64,000 bases of DNA from Mobula hypostoma (GCF_963921235.1 NC_086097.1:223016001-223080000); one strand, 5' to 3'. Shown: positions 24,655 through 38,474, numbered from the stretch's first letter. Translations and numbers: made by a program. The notes: generated by a model from the letters alone, not told the origin.

Positions 24655-26860
24655 ATGGTGAAAAGAGGACTGAGGTTTCTCTGGTAGACAACATGAAAGA
24701 GAATCCCAAGGAATTCTATCGCTATATTAAGAGCAAAACGATAACAAGGAACACAGTTGGTCCTCTTGAAGAACAGTGTGAAGACCTATGCATGGAGCTG
24801 AAAAAGATGGTTGAGTTATTAAATTAACTTTTTGCATCTGTATTTACTCAAGGGACAGAGCGACTATATAGATCTGAGCCAAAACAGTAGCTGTATTACC
24901 GAAGAGGAGGTGGTTGTTGTCTTGAGGCCAATTCGGGTAGATAAATCTCCAGGGTCAGACCTTGTAGAAAGTTAATGCAAAATATCACAGAGATATTTAA
25001 AATTTCCTTAACCGTGGGTGAGGTGCCAGAGGACTAGAGGATAGCTAATGTTGTTCCATTATTAAATAAAAATTCCAAGAATAAGCTGGGAATTGATGGG
25101 CCTGACATTAGTAGATTATTGGGAGATATATATGTATTTGGATAGACAGAGGCCTGAAAAGAGATAGTCAACATGGAATTTTGGTCATGTCTAACCAATC
25201 TTACAGATATTTTCAAGGAAGTTACCAAGAAGGTTAGTGAAGGGAAGGCAGTGGGCATTGTCTACATGGATTTAGCGAGGCCTTTGACAAAGTCTGCATG
25301 GGAAGTTGGTACAGAAGTTTAAGTTGCCTGGCATTCAGGATGAAGTAAGTCAATTGGATTCAATGTCAGCTTAGCAGGAGAAGCCAGAGAGTGGGAGCAG
25401 ATAGTTGTCTCTCTGAGTGGAGGCCCAAGTTTAGTGGTGTGCTGCAAGGATCAGTCCTGGGTCCATTGCTGTTTATTGTCTTTTTTAATTACTTAGATGA
25501 TAATATGGTCAATTGGATCAGCAAATTTGCAGCTAACACTAAGATTGAGCACATGGTGGACAACGAGGAAGGCTATCAAAGCTGGCAAAGTGAACTGGAC
25601 CAGCTGGGAAAGTGGGCTGGAAAATGGCAGATGCAATTTAATGCAGTGAGGTATTGTTTTTCTGAGGTATTCCTGGGATGGCAGGTCTTTCATATGAAGA
25701 AAGACTGGATGAACTGGGCTTGTACTCGTTGGAATTTAGAAGATTGAGGGGGGATCTGATTGAAACGTATAAGATCCTAAAGGGATTGGACAGGCTAGAT
25801 GCGGGAAGATTGTTCCCGATGTTGGGGAGGTCTAGAACGAGGGGTCACAGTTTGAGGATAGAGGGGAAGCCTTTTAGGACCGAGGTTAGGAAAAACTTCT
25901 TCACACAGAGAGTGGTGAATCTGTGGAATTCTCTGCCACAGCAAACTGTTGAGGCCAGTTCATTAGCTATGTTTAAAAGGAAGTTAGATATGGCCCTTGT
26001 GGCTACAGGGGTCACGGGGTATGGAGGGAAGGCTGGGTTCTGAGTTGGATGATCAGCCATGATCATAATAAATGGCGGTGCAGGCTCGAAAGGCCGAATG
26101 GCCTACTCCTGCACCTATTTTCTATGTTTCTATGTTTTTGGCAGGACAACCCAAAGTAAGGCTCACACAGTGCGGTAGAACAAATGGACTTGGGAACACA
26201 GGTCCATAATTCCTTGAAAGTGGCATCACAGGTAGATTGGTTGCAAAGAGCACTTTGGGCACATTGGCCTTCATTGGCATTGAGTACAGGAATTGGAATG
26301 TTATGTTGAAATTGTATAAGGCAGTGGTGAGGCCGAATTTGGAATGTTGTATACAGTTCTAGAAATCTACCTACAGGAAAGATATCAATAAGATTGAAAG
26401 AGTGCAGAGAAATTTTACACTGATGTGGCCTGGGACCCGAGTGACAAGTAAGGATTGAATATGTTAGGGTTTTATTCCTTGGAATGCAGGAGATTAAGGG
26501 GAGATCTTACAGCGCTATAGAAAATCATCAGTGGTATAAATAGGGTGAATTCAGGCAGCCTTTTTCACCACAGGTTGAGTGAGACTTGAACTAGAGGTCA
26601 GCTTTAGGGTGAAAGGTGAGATATTTAAGAGGTATCTGAGGGGAACCTTCTTTACTCAGAGGGTGGAACAATCCACCAATGGAAGTAGTAGATGCGGTTC
26701 AGTGTTAAGATCTAAGATAACTTTGGGTAGCTTCATGGATGAGGGAGGTATGGTGGGCTATGGTCTAGATGCAGGTAGATAGGACTAGGCATTAAAACAG
26801 TCTGGCACAGGCAAGCTGGGCCGATGAACCTGTTTTTTTCTATACTGCTGTTCTACTCAC
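24655..26860 (+). mobile_element. Decayed CR1 ORF2 with a nested younger CR1
   Basis: KENPKEFYRYIKSK, VDKSPG, SGVLQGSVLGPLLF and KFAANTKI; resumes after 26135. Confidence 0.8.
25672..26135 (+). mobile_element. Young CR1 3' end nested in an older CR1
   Basis: Uninterrupted ORF 25678-26043; 3' UTR and TTTCTATG tail. Confidence 0.9.
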
Positions 26861-27509
26861 AGCATTAAAACCAGATCCTCCAGTTCTATCATCACTTTCT
26901 ATTATGGCAGCCACAATAGAGCAATAACCATACTATCTTATTAGAAGACCATATTGTTTTACTAGAAGGTGAAATATTCAATACATTATGTGGTGGGAGC
27001 AACAAAGTTCAGTTTTGTAGCTGGGAGGATGTCATTGTCAAAATAACAAATAGTGTCTCACAGACCTTAACCAGTGTGAAAATCTGTTTAGAAAGGGATT
27101 CCTATAACAAGGTTACTCCAAAATTATGGTTAAGGTCCCTTTCGCACTTGTTGCATTTTTATATAAGTGGAGGCAAGTCTGAACGAAGCATATGTGACTG
27201 GCAGTTCATTGGATGAATCCATCACGTGCATAATGACTGCAACAATTCAGTAGTGAAAACCTGACAAAAGTTTTGGCCTCTATCTGCTTTGCCCATCTAC
27301 CTTATGCTCTAAGCAATATGACATAATTTCACTTGATCGTGATATAATTTTGCTGTTTTATCCAGCTTCAGCACTACTGCAAGAGGGCTTGCCCACTCAC
27401 AAATTTAGACCTTAGCAAGCTTGATCCAGCTTTCACAGTTCCTCTTCTAACTGTGCTTTAAGAAAATAAATGGATTTGGCATCATGGCAGATACAAATAC
27501 AAGACTGAT

Positions 27510-27797
27510 TTATTTATTTATTGAGATACAACGTGGAATAGCCCTTTCTGCCACTTAGAGCAGTGCTACCCAGCAATTCCATGATATAATCCTAGCCTAA
27601 TCACGGGACAATTTACAACGACCAATTAACCTACCAACTGGTATGTCTTTGGACTGTGGGAGGAAATCAGAGCACCTAGAGGAAACCCATGCAGTCACAG
27701 GGAGAACATACGAATTCCCTGCAGGCGGCAGCGGGAATTGAACCCGGGTTGCCTGTACAGTAAAGCATTGCACTACCCACTACGCTATCATGCCACT
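27510..27797 (-). mobile_element. tRNA-derived V-SINE-like element
   Basis: Minus strand: A-box-like TAGCGTAGTGG, B-box GGTTCAATTCC, central GTTCTCCC...GGGTTTCCTC...TTTCCTCCCACAGTCCAAAGAC domain. Confidence 0.75.
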
Positions 27798-29062
27798 TCA
27801 TTTGTGCCCAACAATGTTACTGAAAATCTTTAAATTATCGGGCATCTTTAGAAATGCTTTACAATGCAGTGCAAGGAGAGTTTTCAAAATACAGCAGAAC
27901 AGTTCAGCGCAGAATGCCATAAAAAACCAAGAGCAGCTAAGGGTCTTCTGGTAGAAAATGAACATTTAACATAGCACCAATTTCAAAAATTGTAACTCTG
28001 AACAAGCAAGGATAGTTGTTTTGACAATGAGCTAGGAGTATCAAGAAAGCACCTAGAAATGAAGGTCATAGAGGTCTCTATATATTTGAATTGAGGAAAG
28101 CAGGTTAAGTACTTCTAGACTAGTCAGAAGCGGTTAATATGTTCAGCACTCTGAATTCTTAGAAGATGCTGGTACTTCTCTTAACATGCCTGTCCTGGTA
28201 TTTGATACATTGTCCTAAGATCATCACTGCCCTCAACACTTCCTGCCACACCTGTAATACTTTCCTTCCTTGGGATATGCATCATTCATAATCAAATGCT
28301 GTCCCTCGTCTACTTAAGTCATCTTTATATTGCCACAATCTATGATTTATTATTGAATCACGGGTTTTCAGGTCAAACCAGCTGAACTTCGAGCTCATTA
28401 AACTCTGTAAACTGAACTTGTTCTTAAACTATTTTTGAACAATTATGGGTTTTGCGTCTCCTTTGGCTACAAGACGCCCTGATGGTCATTTATCAGATGG
28501 AAATCATAAGCTTTCCTCAGGTCTCACTACAATTGGACTGAGCAAGAAAATGAAAGTGCAGTCAATCCATTTCCTAAAAAATGGTTACAAATTATACTTG
28601 GCCAAATTTCTGTGCAGAATTTGCCCCTAGCAAAAATGTTAGGAAATGGATAACACAGCAAAAGCAAGTTCTTGTGATTCCAAATGATTCCATTATTCTG
28701 TGCCAACACATGCTCTCAAAATCTTGTTACGTATTTGAAATGGTAATTTAGAAGGAATGCTAGTGGACTTATAAAAGTAAGGTAGCAAAGCACATAAAAA
28801 GCTGAACATTCAAAAATCCTTTTCAGGCACTAGTTGGAAAAAAAATGCATCTTACACTAAATAAAGAACTCAAAATCACAATGTTGTGGCTTGAAGAGCA
28901 AAAGCTAATTTCAGTATCAAGATATATCACTGCATTATGATCACACCATTCTAATACTTGTGTATAATGTCACCTTAAAACATTGTACATTTATTGATAC
29001 ATGCACTTAAAAATTCTTCTAACAATGGCAACATGCAAAAAAGTTACTAAATGGCACTAGAC

Positions 29063-30090
29063 AGCGACTTCTTCGAGGTCATCCGTGGAAACAGTTTAAT
29101 TTCTACCTTTAATGTCTTTTTCCTTGTTAAGGTGGATAGGGTTCTGTCGAAGAACCTGACCTACAGCTGCACTCAAACTTCGGTCTTTACGATGTTGGTT
29201 TCCGCTCTCAGGGCTCATTGACAGACTGTTTTTCAATATCCCAAGGACACAGCCTAGAAGATGAGCATGCCTTCGGGATTCTGAGGTGTTGCGGCTCTGG
29301 GAACGACCCAAGTCTAAGCCGGTACTGCTGACTGAAGCATCGCAGGAGAAAACGAAACATCGGTAACAGCAGATTACCTTGCAGGGGCTCTGTACTCGGA
29401 TCATGCTCTCTCTCTCATCAGTGGAGAGTTTGTTGCCGATTCTCAAGTCGGAAAACTTGGGGGGAAAATGACATGGCAGACTTTAACACGTAAATCAGTG
29501 TTTCTCTTGTGTCCTCTCTCACTATTATTATATTAGGGAGAGAGAGAACCTGTGGTATGTCGAATTGTCAGGTGAACCATTAGTTTTTGTTGTACTGTGT
29601 CCTTGGGGGCTTTGCTATTGTTTGCTTGGTGAGTGGAGGGTGCTGATGCTTTTTTTTGCTGAAGTGGGGGAGGGGGGATCATTGCTTTACTGCTGCTGGG
29701 TGTGGGAGTGGGGAGGAGGGGGCTTTACAGTTCTAACATTTTTACTGTCACTTATTCTTTGGGGCACTCTTCTGCTTTTGTAGATGTCTGTGAAGAGTAA
29801 GAATTTCAGGTTGTATATTGTATAATGTGGTAAACCATATATATGTTGTAACTGGGTTAACTGTCTGGACACGTCCCTCTGCTGACTGCCCCTGTGGCTC
29901 CTCCCACAGATTCCTGTATAAAGGTGTTTCGCCTTGCCCCTCCCCCTCAGTCCGGGGGCAGACACTCACCGTGGAGGTCGTATTGTACAGTGAATAAAAG
30001 CCTTTCAGTATTTTACCAAACCTCAGTCTTTTGGAGTTATTGAAGGTGCTTCATATATATTCCCTGATATTAAATGGAACTATTGAATGA
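29063..30090 (+). repeat. Non-coding interspersed repeat with Rex1-like 3' tail, interrupted by a solo LTR
   Basis: Tail AAGAATTTCAGGTTGTATATTG...GATATTAAATGGAAC resembles the Rex1 3' terminus; CpG-containing head; no coding motifs. Confidence 0.45.
29826..30053 (+). mobile_element. Solo LTR (228 bp)
   Basis: TG...CA ends, TATAAA followed by AATAAA, imperfect TSD TATAA/TATAT. Confidence 0.65.
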
Positions 30091-30289
30091 CGTTTATGTA
30101 TTTGGTAAAGTTAATGATTTACACATTGTGGTGTCTTGCATCAATTACTTTCTTACAGAATGAGACATGGTAGATAAATCCTACTTACTTTTCTCCTTAG
30201 ATGGAAATGATATTGAATAACAAGTTCATTATGTGTCTTTGAGCTGTGTGAATAAAAGAAGAAATACTTGAGTGATTTTTGAGCAGCAA

Positions 30290-30605
30290 AAAAGCGTAGT
30301 GCATAATACTTCTACAGCACCAGCGACTGGGGATCAATTACCACCACTGTCTGTAAGGAGTTCGTATGCTCTTCCCATAACTGCATAGGTTTCCTCTGAG
30401 TGCTTTGGTTTCCTCCCACATCCCAGAGCTGTGTGGGCTAGGGTTAGAAAGTTGTGGTCATGCTGTGATGTGATGGCACCGGAACCATGGTGACACCAGT
30501 GGGCTGCTCCCAGCACATCCTTGGATTGTATGAAATTGGTTGCTGATACAAAATGCTGCAGTTTACTGTATGTTTCAATGTACATGTGACAAATAAAGCT
30601 AATTT
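30290..30605 (+). mobile_element. V-SINE-like element with a different, Rex1-like tail
   Basis: AGCGTAGTG head, degenerate B-box, GGTTTCCTC...TTTCCTCCCACATCC core, tail TACATGTGACAAATAAAGCT. Confidence 0.65.
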
Positions 30606-31159
30606 ATATAAGCATGCAAGTTTAATAAATTTTGAATGAATCTTTCAGTGGACAGCAATGCTTATTTAAAAATAGCTTAAGATTTGCCAGGTGGCTTTCA
30701 CAATCAAATATCAGGCTAACTGTTGATGAAAACCCTACATGGATATTTTATGATAGATAATAAATATATTGAACAATCTTGGATAGGTTGATTCTATAAT
30801 AGTTTATGTCTGTGACTGTGAAAGGATATTTATATCTTACAAACGTTTGTACATGTATTTCATTTCCGGTACCATATCTCTATTTTGTTAAACTTTAGCT
30901 GGAAGTCCACCTACACAACATCAACAGCACTTTCCTCAAACTCAAGTTGTCTTCAAAAACTTGTTATATCATTTATTGCCTTAAACTTTCCCAAATACCA
31001 TATTATCTAGTCGCAGGTAACTAGATCAACAAACTTCTCCGTTATTAGTACCAAGTTGACAGGCTTGTCGTTGTCAGCTTGAGTTTCTCTCTTTAAGTAG
31101 TTGTTCAACATTTTCAAAATTCGTACCCTATGGAACTACCTCTATTAGCTTTATTACCT

Positions 31160-31690
31160 TTATTTGAGGAAGGACATTCTTGCTATTGAGGGAGTGCAGC
31201 GTAGGTTCACAAGGTTAATCCCCGGGATGGCGGGACTGTCATATGTTGAAAGATTGGAGCGACTGGGCTTGTATACTCTGGAACTTAGAAGGCTGAGAGG
31301 GGATCTTATTGAAACATATAAGATTATTAAGGGATTGGACATGCTGGAGGCAGGAAGCATTTTCCCGCTGACGGATGAGTCCAGAACCAGAGGCCACAGT
31401 TTAAGAATAAGGGGTAGGCCATTTAGAACGAAGTTGAGGAAAAACTTTTTCACCCAGAGAGTGGTGGATATATGGAATGCTCTGCCCCAGAAAGCTGTGG
31501 TGGCCAAGTCTCTGGATGCTTTCAAGAAAGAGATGGATAGAACTCTTAAAGATAGCGGAATCAAAGGTTATGGGGATAAGGCAGGTACTGGATACTGATT
31601 GTGGATGATCAGCCATGATCACAGTGAATGGTGGTGCTGGCTCAAAGGGCCGAATGGCCTACTCCTGCACCTATTGTCTATTGTCTATTA
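31160..31690 (+). mobile_element. Young CR1 3' end
   Basis: Uninterrupted 144-aa ORF 31164-31598; CTATTGT repeat tail. Confidence 0.92.
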
Positions 31691-31739
31691 GTGAGGATGA
31701 TTGGAAGATTCAGAATGTACCTAGTGGGCTGCATATAAG

Positions 31740-32575
31740 AGAGGATGTGCTGCATTAGAGAGGGTCCAGAGGAAGTGTACGAGAATAATCCTGGGAATGA
31801 AAGGGTTAACATAGGAGGAGAATTTGATGGCTCTGGGCTTGTACTTGCTGGAGTTTAGAAGGGAGGCATCTTATTAAAAGCTAAGAAATATTGAAGGGCC
31901 TGGATAGAGTGGACATGGAGAGGATGTTTCATCTAAAAGGAAAATCTACAACTAGAGGGCACAGCCTCAGAATACAGGGACATCCCTTCAGAGCAGAAAT
32001 GAGGAGGAATTATTTTAGCCAGAAGCTGGTGGATCTATGGAATTCATTGTCACAGACAATGTGGAGGCCAAGTCTTGGGTATTTTTAAAGCAGGCATTGA
32101 TCGTGCGGGTAGTCAGAAGCTTTTTCCCAGGGCTGAAATGACTAACATGAGAGGGCGCAGTTTTAAGGTGCTCAGAAGTAGATACAAAGGTGACGTCAGG
32201 GGTAAGTTTCTTTTTTCCTACGCAGAGAGTGGTGAGTGTGTGGAATGGGCTCAGTGACGATGGTGGAGGCGGATACGATAGGGTCTTTTAAGAGACTCTT
32301 GGATAGGTACATGGGGCTTAGAAAAATAGAGGGCTATGGGTAACCCTAGGTAATTTCTAAGGTAAGTACATGTTCGGCACAGCATTGTGGGCTGAAGGGC
32401 CTGTATCGTGCTGTAGGTTTTCTATGTTTCAGAGATTTATAGGTTCTTGATTAGCAAGGGCATCAAAGCTTATGGGGAGAAGGCGGAACAGCACTTGGAA
32501 AAAAAGTAAATCAGTGATGATCGAATGGTGGAGCAGACTGGATGGGTTGAATGGCTTAATTCTGCTCCTACATTT
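31740..32575 (+). mobile_element. Decayed CR1 3' end with a nested CR1 3' end (about 32093-32430)
   Basis: ORFs 31891-32088 and 32075-32257; the inner copy resembles 23730-24060. Confidence 0.8.
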
Positions 32576-33753
32576 TACGGTCAGATTCTATGGGCCATCA
32601 ATAACTGTAATCTAGTTTTTCATGATATCCTTAGTTCTATAATTCACATCAAATGGAAGAACACCAACTCCAGCTCAATGGAGAATATTAAATATTATAC
32701 TGGAGCAGCACCGTGTCTATCGAAATGATGTGACAAACTACCAAAGCCGTAACACCTGATTAAGTGGTAATTAATCAGCAAAAGTGACAGATTATAGACA
32801 CAAACAAAAGCAGTCTCAATACCAACAGATCAAATGAAATAAATTGTTCCACAATACTGCGGCTTCTAGCCATAACTTGGCAGAGTAGTTAACAGGAGTT
32901 GAGCTTCAAGAATATTTGCATTGCCAACATCAGTCGAACCCGGCGTGTAGTTAAGCAGTCAAGCTTGAAGATTTAAAATTAGATTAACTTAAAACAGCCA
33001 AACTGATCTTCTTTCTCAATTTCCTTCTGACCTCTCCAGACACCACTTTTCAGCCAATTTGCTTCAGTCCAGAAATAAAGAAATTCACGAACAGGCAGGT
33101 TACAACAGGAGACACAATAGCATAATAGTTAAATTACAGTATTGGCAGCCAGAATTCTGCACTACCTTCCCAAGCACCTTGATTTGATTTCACTATGATG
33201 CAGCTGAAGAATTCAAATCCAATGAATTATATAAAAATGAGGGGAAAAGAAAAACTTGTAACAATGAACATTGACTATTGGGCATGCATGATTCTTTAAG
33301 GAAGACCTGCTCTTTACCCACTTTGGCCTAAATCTGACTCTAGGTTCTGACTCCTCAGTTCAGAGGTAATAGTCATGAAAAACATATACAATGCTGGCAT
33401 TCACATCCTGTGAATAAATACATTTTTAAAAAGGGATAAAGGTCCTGTAACCCAGAAGACTAGCACTTCACAGCGATACCTAATCCAGCAAGATTTTTCA
33501 AGTTCAGCTGCAACAGTGACATCTAGCTGCTAATGTGGAAACTAGCACAACAAATTATAGCAACTAGCAACCACGAATTATAGACCAATTTCAAAGAAGT
33601 TGCAGGTTATAGCAAAGATAGTGTTTGCTCAGATATGGATAAAACAGCTAAATTGCAAAGGTGATGTGACATTGAGCGCCCTTGACATCCAAGCATTATT
33701 TGACAAAGTGCAGCATCAAATTAAACTTCAAAACGAAACAGGGTAACTACATT

Positions 33754-34060
33754 TGTTACGCGACGCCAGCTTACGTGGTTTAGACTCTCGAACTCTCTGG
33801 AGTATGGATAGCTGGCACAGCCCCTTTAAGGGTTTGGGACCATCCCACTAATTGGCAATAATGTTTTGGTGCCAAGGATTCAGTATTTAAAGAGCACCTG
33901 AATGGAGCCTCGGTGCTCGGTTGTAAACGCCTCTTGGATTATCATCTAGCATCTTGTTAAGTACTCAGTTCTCATTTCTATCTAGCATCGTGTCTCGACT
34001 CCAACCTGGGATAATCCAGCACTTGGGTCCTAGCCATTCTTGTCAAGGTCTGGCATCACA
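33754..34060 (+). mobile_element. 5' LTR of a Tf1/sushi-type Gypsy element
   Basis: TGTTAC...ATCACA termini, TATTTAAA at 33884-33891, gag ATG (MDPAG) at 34077. Confidence 0.8.
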
Positions 34061-35844
34061 ATATAATTGAGCCAACATGGATCCAGCAGGGTATCAGAAT
34101 CTCTTGGCGGCTGTGGCCAGCCACAGTGAGAGGATTTCCAGACAGAACTGGAGATACACAACCTCCAGGCTGCTTTATACCAGCTACAGCAAGGACGATG
34201 TCAGAGTCGCTCTGTGGAGCCAGTACATCTTCTGACCCCGGAAAGATTCAATGGAGACCCTGGTTCTTGCCTCGGCTTCTTCACTCAGTGCTCATTGGTG
34301 TTCAAACTCCAGCCATCCTGGTTCCCTTCGGAGCGCAGAAAAGTGGCCTTCATGATCTTTCCCCTGACCCGACAGCCCTCGCCTGGACCACTGCACTTTG
34401 GGAATGGAAGTCGGAGACTTGAGCAGATTCAGAAGAATTTATGGCCACCATGAGAAGGGTATCTTATCATCCTGCCGACGTAAACAGATCGTCGGAAGGT
34501 CTGATGAAGCTGCATCAGGGAAGTCAATCAGTGGCTGACTACGCTATCAAGTTCTGAACTTTGGCCCAAGAGAAAGGCTGGAATGGGGAAGCCTTATCCA
34601 CTCTGTACTGCCACGTACTCTGGGACGAACTAATGGATGCACTCACCTTGGGAGAGCCAGCAGGAGACTTAGGGGTCCTCATCGACCAGTCCATTCACGT
34701 TGATAATCGTCTGGCAGAATGTAAGAGGAACTACATTACAAGGATGAAGAGGTCAAGGCTGAGCTCAGTCTCAACCTATCGTGGTTTCACCCTCCGGATC
34801 TCGGACTGTGATCAGCCCATTTCCTGATTAGGACTCTGTCAAGCCCATGCAGATCAGTTACACGATGTTCTCCGCTGATGAGAAGTTCCTGCGTCAGAAG
34901 CAAGACTGCTGCTAATCCAGTGGGCAAGCAAGTCACCCACAGACCAAATGTCCAAAGCTGCAGCCGCCTGCTTAGACCGTCCAGTGTCAGGAGGATGATG
35001 ATGGTAGCAGCCACTACCCCCAATCCTATGGATTCTGGTTTCGTGCTGAAGGCCGGGCTCACCTGGGGTAAGAACTCAAGGCAGGTGAAGGCTCCTGTGG
35101 ACTCTGGGGCAGCAGGTATTTTCTGAACTTGAGAACCACCCATCAGCTTGATATGCTACTGTAAGTGTTGAGCCAGTCCATGTCCACTACTGTCTTGGGC
35201 GGCTGCCTGCTGAGTTCCGGGCAGATCCAGCAACAGACTGGGGTTGCAGATGAGGACAGGGGATCATGTGGAAGACATTAGTTTCTACATTACTGACTCA
35301 CCACTGATACCCCTGACCCTCAGGCACCTTTGGCTGAGCCAGCATAACTGGAGGGAGGGGAGAATCATTGCTTGTTCCAGTTATTCTAAGAGGGTATGTT
35401 TAGAGCGGAGGGTTCTGGCCCCCAGACTCTTCCAAGGCCAACAACCAGCAGGGGGACAGACCTCAGTGCAAGGTAACCCAAAGCCTCAGGGTCCCGAATA
35501 AAGGAAAGATCTCCAAATGCAGATGGAGCCCGTTCCCGGGAGCACAAGGACCATCTGTAACACCTCGTTGCTGTCGACTGAGGACACGAGTGAATCTAGG
35601 GAGGAGGCTCGGAGGTCAGCTGAACCACCCCTACCACCTAAGAAGCCTCAGGAGTTATCCTTGAAGAAGGTTCAGAAGAACCTGCAACACCCAGACCAGC
35701 TGAAGTTCCTTCTGTTTACAAGGAATTGGAAGAGGTCTTCAGCAAAGGAAAGGCCTCAATTCTTCCACCTCACGACTGTGCTATAGATCTTCTGCCTAGC
35801 ACTTGTCCTCCGCGTGGTCAATTACATGCATTCTCAGGCCCAGA

Positions 35845-37348
35845 TGCTTCAAGGCCGCCAGCATCGTTCCCGTGCCGAAGAAGTCTTCAGTGTCCTGCTT
35901 CAACGACTACCGTCCCGTTGCACTCACACCCATCGTGAAGTGCTTCGAGAGGCTCGTCATGAGGCACATCAGGACCCTGCTGCCCCCCTCACTGGACCCC
36001 CTGCAGTTTGCATAACGTCCCAACCGTTCAACAGATGACACCATCGCCATCACCCTCCACCTGGCCCTCACCCACCTGGACAAAACAGACACGTACGTTT
36101 GAATGCTGTTCATAGACTTCAGTTCAGCATTCAACACAATCATTCCTTAGAAATTGATTGGAAAGCTGAGCCTACTGGGCCTGAACACCTCCCTCTGCAA
36201 CTGGATCCTAGACTTCCTGACTGGGAGACCTCAGTCAGTCTGGATCGGAAGCAGCATCTCAAACACCATCACACTGAGCACGGGAGCTCCCCAGGGCTGT
36301 GTGCTCAGTCCACTGCTGTTCACTCTGCTGACCCATGACTGCAGCAATACACAGCTCAAACCACATCATCAAGTTCGCCGATGACACGACCGTGGTGGGT
36401 CTCATCAGCAAGAACGATGAGTCAACATACAGAGAGGAGGTGCAGCAGCTAACGGACTGGTGCAGAGCCAACAACCTGTCTCTGAATGTAAAAAAAAACA
36501 AAAGATATGGTTGTTGACTTCAGGAGGACACGGAGTGACCACTCTCTGCTGAACATCGACAACTCCTCCGTAGAGATCGTTAAGAGCACCAAATTTCTTG
36601 GTGTTCAGCTGGCGGAGAATCTCACCTGCTCCCTCAACACCAGCTCCATAGCAAAGAAAGCCCAGCAGCGTCTCTACTTTCTGCGAAGGCTGAGAAAAGT
36701 CCATCTCCCACTCCCCATCCTCACCACATTCTACAGAGGTTGTATTGAGAACCAGAGGTTGTATTGAGCATCACTGCCTGGTTCGGAAATTGCACCATCT
36801 CGGATCGCAAGACCCTGCAGCGGTTAGTGAGGTCAGCTGAGAAGATCATCGGGGTCTCTCTTCCCGCTATTAGAAACATTTACACCACACGCTGCATCCG
36901 TAAAGCAAACAACATTATGAAGGACCCCACTCACCCCTCATACAAACTCTTCTCCCTCCTGCCATCTGGCTAAAGGCACCAAAGTATTTGGGCTCTCACG
37001 ACCAGACTATATAACAGTTTCTTCCCCCAAGCCATCAGACTCCTCAAAACCCAGAGCCTGGACTGACACCAACCTACTGCCCTCTACTGTGCCTATTGTC
37101 TTGTTTATTGTGTTTGTTTATTATTGTCTTATTATTTATTGTAATGCCTGCACTGTTTTGTGCACTTTATGCAGTCCTGGGTAGGTCTGTAGTCTAGTGT
37201 AGTTTTTGTGTTGTTTTACGTAGTTCAGTGTAGTTTTTGTATTGTTCCATGTAGCACCATGGTCCTGAAAAATGTCTCATTTTTACTGTGTACTGTACTA
37301 GCAGTTATGATCGAAATGACAATAAAAAGTGACTAGACTTGACTTGAC
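35845..37348 (+). mobile_element. 5'-truncated Rex1/Babar LINE inserted in Gypsy pol
   Basis: [22 protein letters not shown] and KFADD; GACTT repeat tail; Gypsy frame SGP...MGEYIKEAL is split by it. Confidence 0.92.
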
Positions 37349-37786
37349 AATGGGAATGGGAGAATATATAAAGGAAGCTCTTGCTATGGGATTCATTCAG
37401 CCCTCCCCGTCACCAGCCGGCACAGGCTTCTTCTTCGTACAGAAGGAGGATGGGAGCCTGCAGCCATGTATTGATTACAGAGGATTAAACTGCATAACCA
37501 GTCAAGAACTGTTACCCCTTTCCACTCAGGAATACTGCCTTTGAGATTCTCCAAGGGGCAGGAGTATTCACTAAGCTAAACCTGCGGAGTGTGTACACTC
37601 TGGTCTGTATGAGGGAAGGTGACGAGTGGAAGACTGTATTCAATACACCAACAGGGCACTACGAGTACTTAGTTTTGCCCTTTGGCCTTGCGAACACTCC
37701 AACACTTTTCAGGCCTTTATAAACAACATGCTCCAGGATACTCTCCATAACTACCCTTCATCTACTTAGATGATATCCTAATCTTC

Positions 37787-38474
37787 TGTAGCCCCCCGGC
37801 AAGCCTCAGAGTCGCTCAACTCGCTGTCGTCTAGGGAAACAGCCCTCAGCCCCACCAGACTGGGGTAATTAAGTTTGTGTGGATGCTGTGTGATGTACTC
37901 CACCCTGCCAAATAACAGACGATACACCATATACGATTAAATTAATTACAGTTTATAGATATTACTGGAACTATATAATTAATAGAGATAGAATATAAAA
38001 GGAAAATAAAAGGCGCCACACTTATCAAAGTTCAATCTCTTCGTGCACAACAGTTGGAGCTCTAGTAACGATCCTCTCTTCACCATTCGATCCCCTCTGA
38101 CCACCTCGACCTGCCGCCTGGGACCAACCACGGTGGTCGACCAGCCGTTCCACACGAGTCTGTCTCCGAATCCTCTCCTCGCCGAAGACCCTGGACCTCG
38201 GACTCCTGCTTGGGGTCCGACCCTGTTTACCAGCTCACAGCACCTTGTCCATTCTCTCGGTCTCCAACGCGCCTTCTGCCCAAAATTCCGCGCATCACAA
38301 TAACTTACAGACACACTAGAAAGAATAACATCTATCCCAATTGGTTTGTTTGCTCTCTTATCAATAACATAACCCAAACAAGCTGCTAGCGGGAGAACTT
38401 TCTCAGCAGTTAACATAACAAAGAAGCCATTTTAATTTGCCTACGCAGTAACATAAAAGAAGAAACTCCCTACA
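37787..38474 (-). mobile_element. Solo LTR (688 bp, Gypsy or ERV type) with 4-bp TSD
   Basis: TGTAG...CTACA inverted termini; TSD CTTC at 37783-37786 and 38475-38478; orientation inferred only. Confidence 0.85.

Noticed and set aside
27740..27797. tRNA gene
   Set aside because: A/B boxes lead into a SINE body; no cloverleaf.
31160..31564. Antisense ORFs over CR1 3' ends (also 16140-16514, 45390-45782, 46118-46447)
   Set aside because: Shadow frames of CR1 ORF2.
34077..35126. Domesticated PEG10/RTL-like gene
   Set aside because: Multiple stops and frameshifts, a retained LTR and nested insertions indicate a dead retrotransposon.
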